Positions 23,701-25,774 of a stretch of DNA of 25,774 nt are shown here, in pieces. The DNA comes from a virus (Duplodnaviria; Caudoviricetes). Location of the stretch: IMG/VR virus record IMGVR_UViG_3300037237_000100, positions 1-25,774 of that record; one strand, written 5' to 3'. The first letter of the stretch is position 1. Each line of letters opens with the position of its first letter. A program made the position numbers and the translations under genes. The notes beneath the pieces were generated by a model, which was not told the origin of the DNA, did no database searches, and saw only the letters and a list, made by a program, of their open reading frames with translations.

Positions 23701-23787
23701 TATTGTGTAGATCAGATCAATATAGCCCGGCTCCCCGGCCCTGGGCCAAGGGACAACTCGGGACATAAATTCCCGTATCTGGCTCAT
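20770..23787 (-). CDS. DNA primase-helicase: RepB-like AEP primase, Zn module and DUF927-type P-loop helicase
   Basis: WLDVD, IVSSGGGLHVYF and RVLRLSGTFN (primase); PSC...CATCPH (Zn); GPTGVCKST (Walker A-like) and LPVFWDE (Walker B). Start moved to ATG 23787 (ATGA overlap with the upstream gene). Confidence 0.85.
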   Translation of the reverse strand: MSQIREFMSRVVPWPRAGEPGYIDLIYTITAKTGDKVFWSGKPTRTLDGFMEQTAWAAKQPFVKDIYYCLSLQSAMRTDKNGKEKPIRLQANAIALKAIWLDVDVKDPPKGYTSIMEALDAVGQFVHSANLPMPTAIVSSGGGLHVYFLSNRSLTLDEWRPYAEGLKNAALKFGLRCDAGCTIDSARVLRLSGTFNCKIDPPRPVKLLGLQETDYDFSIALSTLPPMAAHSERKSGTGAVAPGYESWADKGTPAAFAGLKAESLAEGLQKEDRPLDPKPIMKGCAFLRNALLTGGKDYDQPMWNLTTLAATFLEEGHSLAHKMGRGHAEYDVATSEALWERKLKERKDRLLGWPSCKAIQASGCTACATCPHFKEGKSPLHLALAPPSKPVISQVAGQPVSTLMPEGFGVDKDGNICKVKLEEQEEGPPLPIYTKIFTCRISSPWASSGPHELHFTASVDKGHVSQIDIELEVIQAGGPDLLRTLGRAGVKCYPPGVRYLTEFLMAWLTKLHDAQESVISVPFGWWMDKPDPLKDAARHGFVYGGLIMKDDGSDGPSGMGDKNLRAIYQPVGNIDPWGKACRMVNAQKRPELDAIIAAAFASPLMVTTGEYSALLSVWGPTGVCKSTALKVGLAVWGHPKKGKETTNSTSKSVIHKMGQIRNLPVFWDEIRNKEVQKHVYNTFFNGSEGVGGGRLTSNIEQRDKDDWQNLLVTCSNISMVDYVVSDQRTTTAGMYRVFEYNILKLDNAPGQINTIDASRMTQELEHNYGQVGLKYARLLANSPDASDELTKGICNRFAASVQATKEERYWVAVCGTLLAGAGYANLFGAQINTDALTEFLKVAYQANRARMVDEATEGGSRINTDEALTGFLQANIENALFTGTFPMGRGKPKQVSFIFGPDQNRPRPIHVQWAVDDRLLRFSRRVFAAYLRDTNTSPVQITNSLKELYKAETIIAILGAGTSYRTGLQEHVIQIPVPVGSILESAMLAHTPHEVEDLQPAGVVA

Positions 23788-23969
23788 TTCCAACGCTTTC
23801 CGGATTTAGGACGCCAATCCCTATCAATGTCGCAGTATCCGGGGTATGGGCGACATTCCCATTCAGATTGCTGCGCGGGAGGTTGCGTCAACCACTGCGC
23901 AATTGGCTCGCCAAACAGAACCAAAAACGCGATGAAAACCCAAACGATCCATATACGGGGCTGTCGCAC
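23784..23969 (-). CDS. Small membrane protein
   Basis: One hydrophobic segment (IWIVWVFIAFLVLFG); SD-like AAGGG upstream; coupled to the primase gene. Confidence 0.55.
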   Translation of the reverse strand: MRQPRIWIVWVFIAFLVLFGEPIAQWLTQPPAQQSEWECRPYPGYCDIDRDWRPKSGKRWK

Positions 23970-23978
23970 GATGGACCC

Positions 23979-24989
23979 TTATTTTGACGCCAACATGGCC
24001 GCCACTTTTGCATCTAGGGCCGCATCTGACTCCGTAGCTTCCCCAGTGTCTTCCGAGGTCTGCTCAACTTGAACGGGGGCAGCCACAGTCTTCGCCGCAG
24101 CATTACCGTTCGTCAGGACCTCGAACCCTGTACCTTCGGGTTCTGGCTCTGGTTTAGGCTTAACCACCTCAACCGGAGGCTTCGGCTTTTCAACCTGCTT
24201 GAGAACCTGCGTCTGTTCAAGGCGCTGTACTGCTTCTACATGCTGGTCCTCGCCCGTGATACGGAGCGCAATCGGGCTATCCCGCAAGGGTAGCACAATA
24301 GCGGCCTCGGCATCGCCAAGCGGGGTCTGTGCCTTGAACTTGAACTCGGGATGCGGCTTCTCCTGGTCGAAGCTGATACGTGTGACCAGACTGACATAAT
24401 GCCGTCCCATACTGTCCAAAGTCTCGCCGTACTTGGCGAGGCCGTTCAATGACGCCGGGGGTACCCGCAGGAACACCGGCTCAAGCAACGGGGACCCGAC
24501 AATGCGGGCCGAGAGCGCAGGAGCGATAAGCACGGCTAGGCGCTTATAGTCCGTACAGTCCCGGCCCTTCTTGCCGTCTGCACTGGTCTTCCACACATTA
24601 CGTGGGCAGATAGCGCAGTGGTCCGCCTGCTTCTCCAGCACGTCCGCATCAGGCGTAATACCGTCAAGGGACGCACAGACAGGGCGCTTGCCCTCGGATG
24701 CTTCGGGGTCATACCCGCCGCCTTCTTCCTTGGACTTATAGAATGACTTCGACTTGGTGTGTCCCTGTCGTAGGATAATCACATCAATGTAGCTGAGGGG
24801 CTCGCCATCGTCGGCGCGGGTAAAGTTGTAGCGTTCGCCACGATAACGAATGCTCCAGGTTTTACCTTTGTACCCGATAACTGCGTATGACTGGCCGATA
24901 CCTTCGGCTAAAGTCTCATGTTGAGCGCCTAGAGCAGCGAAGGCTGCCGGCATTGGGGCATTTTTGAACAGATCGACTTCTTGGCCCAT
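23979..24989 (-). CDS. Putative ssDNA-binding/annealing protein with Cys4 Zn motif
   Basis: SD AGGAGGT. Motifs PVCASLDG..PD, CAICPRN, DC...KRLAV, LRVPPASL and VTRISFD, with a disordered acidic tail; lies in the replication module. Confidence 0.6.
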   Translation of the reverse strand: MGQEVDLFKNAPMPAAFAALGAQHETLAEGIGQSYAVIGYKGKTWSIRYRGERYNFTRADDGEPLSYIDVIILRQGHTKSKSFYKSKEEGGGYDPEASEGKRPVCASLDGITPDADVLEKQADHCAICPRNVWKTSADGKKGRDCTDYKRLAVLIAPALSARIVGSPLLEPVFLRVPPASLNGLAKYGETLDSMGRHYVSLVTRISFDQEKPHPEFKFKAQTPLGDAEAAIVLPLRDSPIALRITGEDQHVEAVQRLEQTQVLKQVEKPKPPVEVVKPKPEPEPEGTGFEVLTNGNAAAKTVAAPVQVEQTSEDTGEATESDAALDAKVAAMLASK

Positions 24990-25003
24990 GAGGACCTCCT
25001 ATG

Positions 25004-25408
25004 TTAAGCGCGACGAACTCCAACAGTCTTGATAGCAGTGAGATTGACCCCTGGGGGTAGCGAACCTTTCTCGGTCACGTAGTCCTTACATGCAGTACTA
25101 TTAGCCCGCCTGTCAAGTAGTTCGTATGCCTCATTCGCCAGCACGAACTGAAAGAACACCTCAGGGTCTGCAAGGGACGCGGAGTATCGAGTAGAGAGAT
25201 ACACCGTGCCAGATTTTGTCTTGATAGCTGTACCATCTGTCTTTTCCAAGAACTCCGTCAACCAACCTGACAAGACAGTCTGAAGATCGAGTAAAGGCTT
25301 TCGCCTCTCTTCATGCTCTTTATCCATTTCCTTCAGCTTGTCGCGCAGTTGAATGTACTGATCAACACGCTTATTCACGCTTCCTGCTACACTTGGTACG
25401 TCCGTCAT
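25004..25408 (-). CDS. Hypothetical phage replication-module protein (coiled coil plus beta domain; Gam/Gp157-like architecture)
   Basis: SD AGGAGG. YIQLRD coiled coil, IKT..GTVY, and LPPGVN near the C-terminus. Confidence 0.6.
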   Translation of the reverse strand: MTDVPSVAGSVNKRVDQYIQLRDKLKEMDKEHEERRKPLLDLQTVLSGWLTEFLEKTDGTAIKTKSGTVYLSTRYSASLADPEVFFQFVLANEAYELLDRRANSTACKDYVTEKGSLPPGVNLTAIKTVGVRRA

Positions 25409-25409
25409 T

Positions 25410-25774
25410 TTAGCCTCCTATATCTGGTGTACCTTCCTCAAGCATCTTGAGAAACTGATCTTGTATCCGTTGTTTACCTTGTAGCAAACGATATATTTTT
25501 TTCTCGACCGCAGTTCCTTGGAGATGTAGCACTTGCTGCTTGTGAAGCTGTCCCACTCGCCGGATACGGGCATTTGCCTGCTCATACAAGTCCAGGGAGG
25601 CAGTTGGTGAATACCACACTATTGTCCTTGCCGCCGTTAAAGTCAAACCATGTGCCAAACATTTCGGGTGGGCCAATAAAGCCGTGTATTTATCAGTGTT
25701 TTGGAACAAGTTGAATATCTCGTCCCGGTTCGTCGTGCCCCCGTGGACTACCGCGTGATCGACCTTTTCAGTGG
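25410..25774 (-). CDS. SNF2-like SF2 helicase, C-terminal part (5'-truncated)
   Basis: AHGLTLTAA (motif V) and YEQANARIRRVGQ (motif VI). The frame stays open to the window edge (HAVVHGGT....R..IF..FQ). Confidence 0.88.
   Translation of the reverse strand, partial: TEKVDHAVVHGGTTNRDEIFNLFQNTDKYTALLAHPKCLAHGLTLTAARTIVWYSPTASLDLYEQANARIRRVGQLHKQQVLHLQGTAVEKKIYRLLQGKQRIQDQFLKMLEEGTPDIGG

Noticed and set aside
1-25774. Integrase, reverse transcriptase, tRNA, intron/intein or recoded stop codons
   Set aside because: None was recognised; the genes tile the window densely under the standard bacterial code.

Overview
The window is a fragment of a dsDNA tailed phage genome with a podovirus-like virion module; weak cues suggest an alphaproteobacterial host. 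The + strand (1-19977) is a late/structural arm. It carries the 3' end of an RCC1-repeat beta-propeller gene, a sulfotransferase-TPR-glycosyltransferase fusion, a small adaptor-like gene, a lysis cassette (holin, GH24 lysozyme, two spanin-like genes), small basic or low-complexity proteins, a 1050-aa tail nozzle-like protein and three large putative internal virion (ejection) proteins. The - strand (19974-25774) is a convergent replication arm: SPFH protein, primase/DUF927-type helicase, Zn-binding SSB/annealing-like protein and the 3' end of an SNF2-type helicase. Main observations: (1) patchwork shuffling of the 150-bp RCC1 units with focal hypervariable codons; (2) a candidate virion glycosylation/sulfation enzyme among Thr-rich structural proteins; (3) a 33-aa peptide conserved at protein level in two different ejection proteins, plus a recurring [FYL]xxGG motif in three late proteins; (4) two identically spaced CtrA-box-like promoter candidates. 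All family assignments come from motif recognition by eye; no database searches were run.
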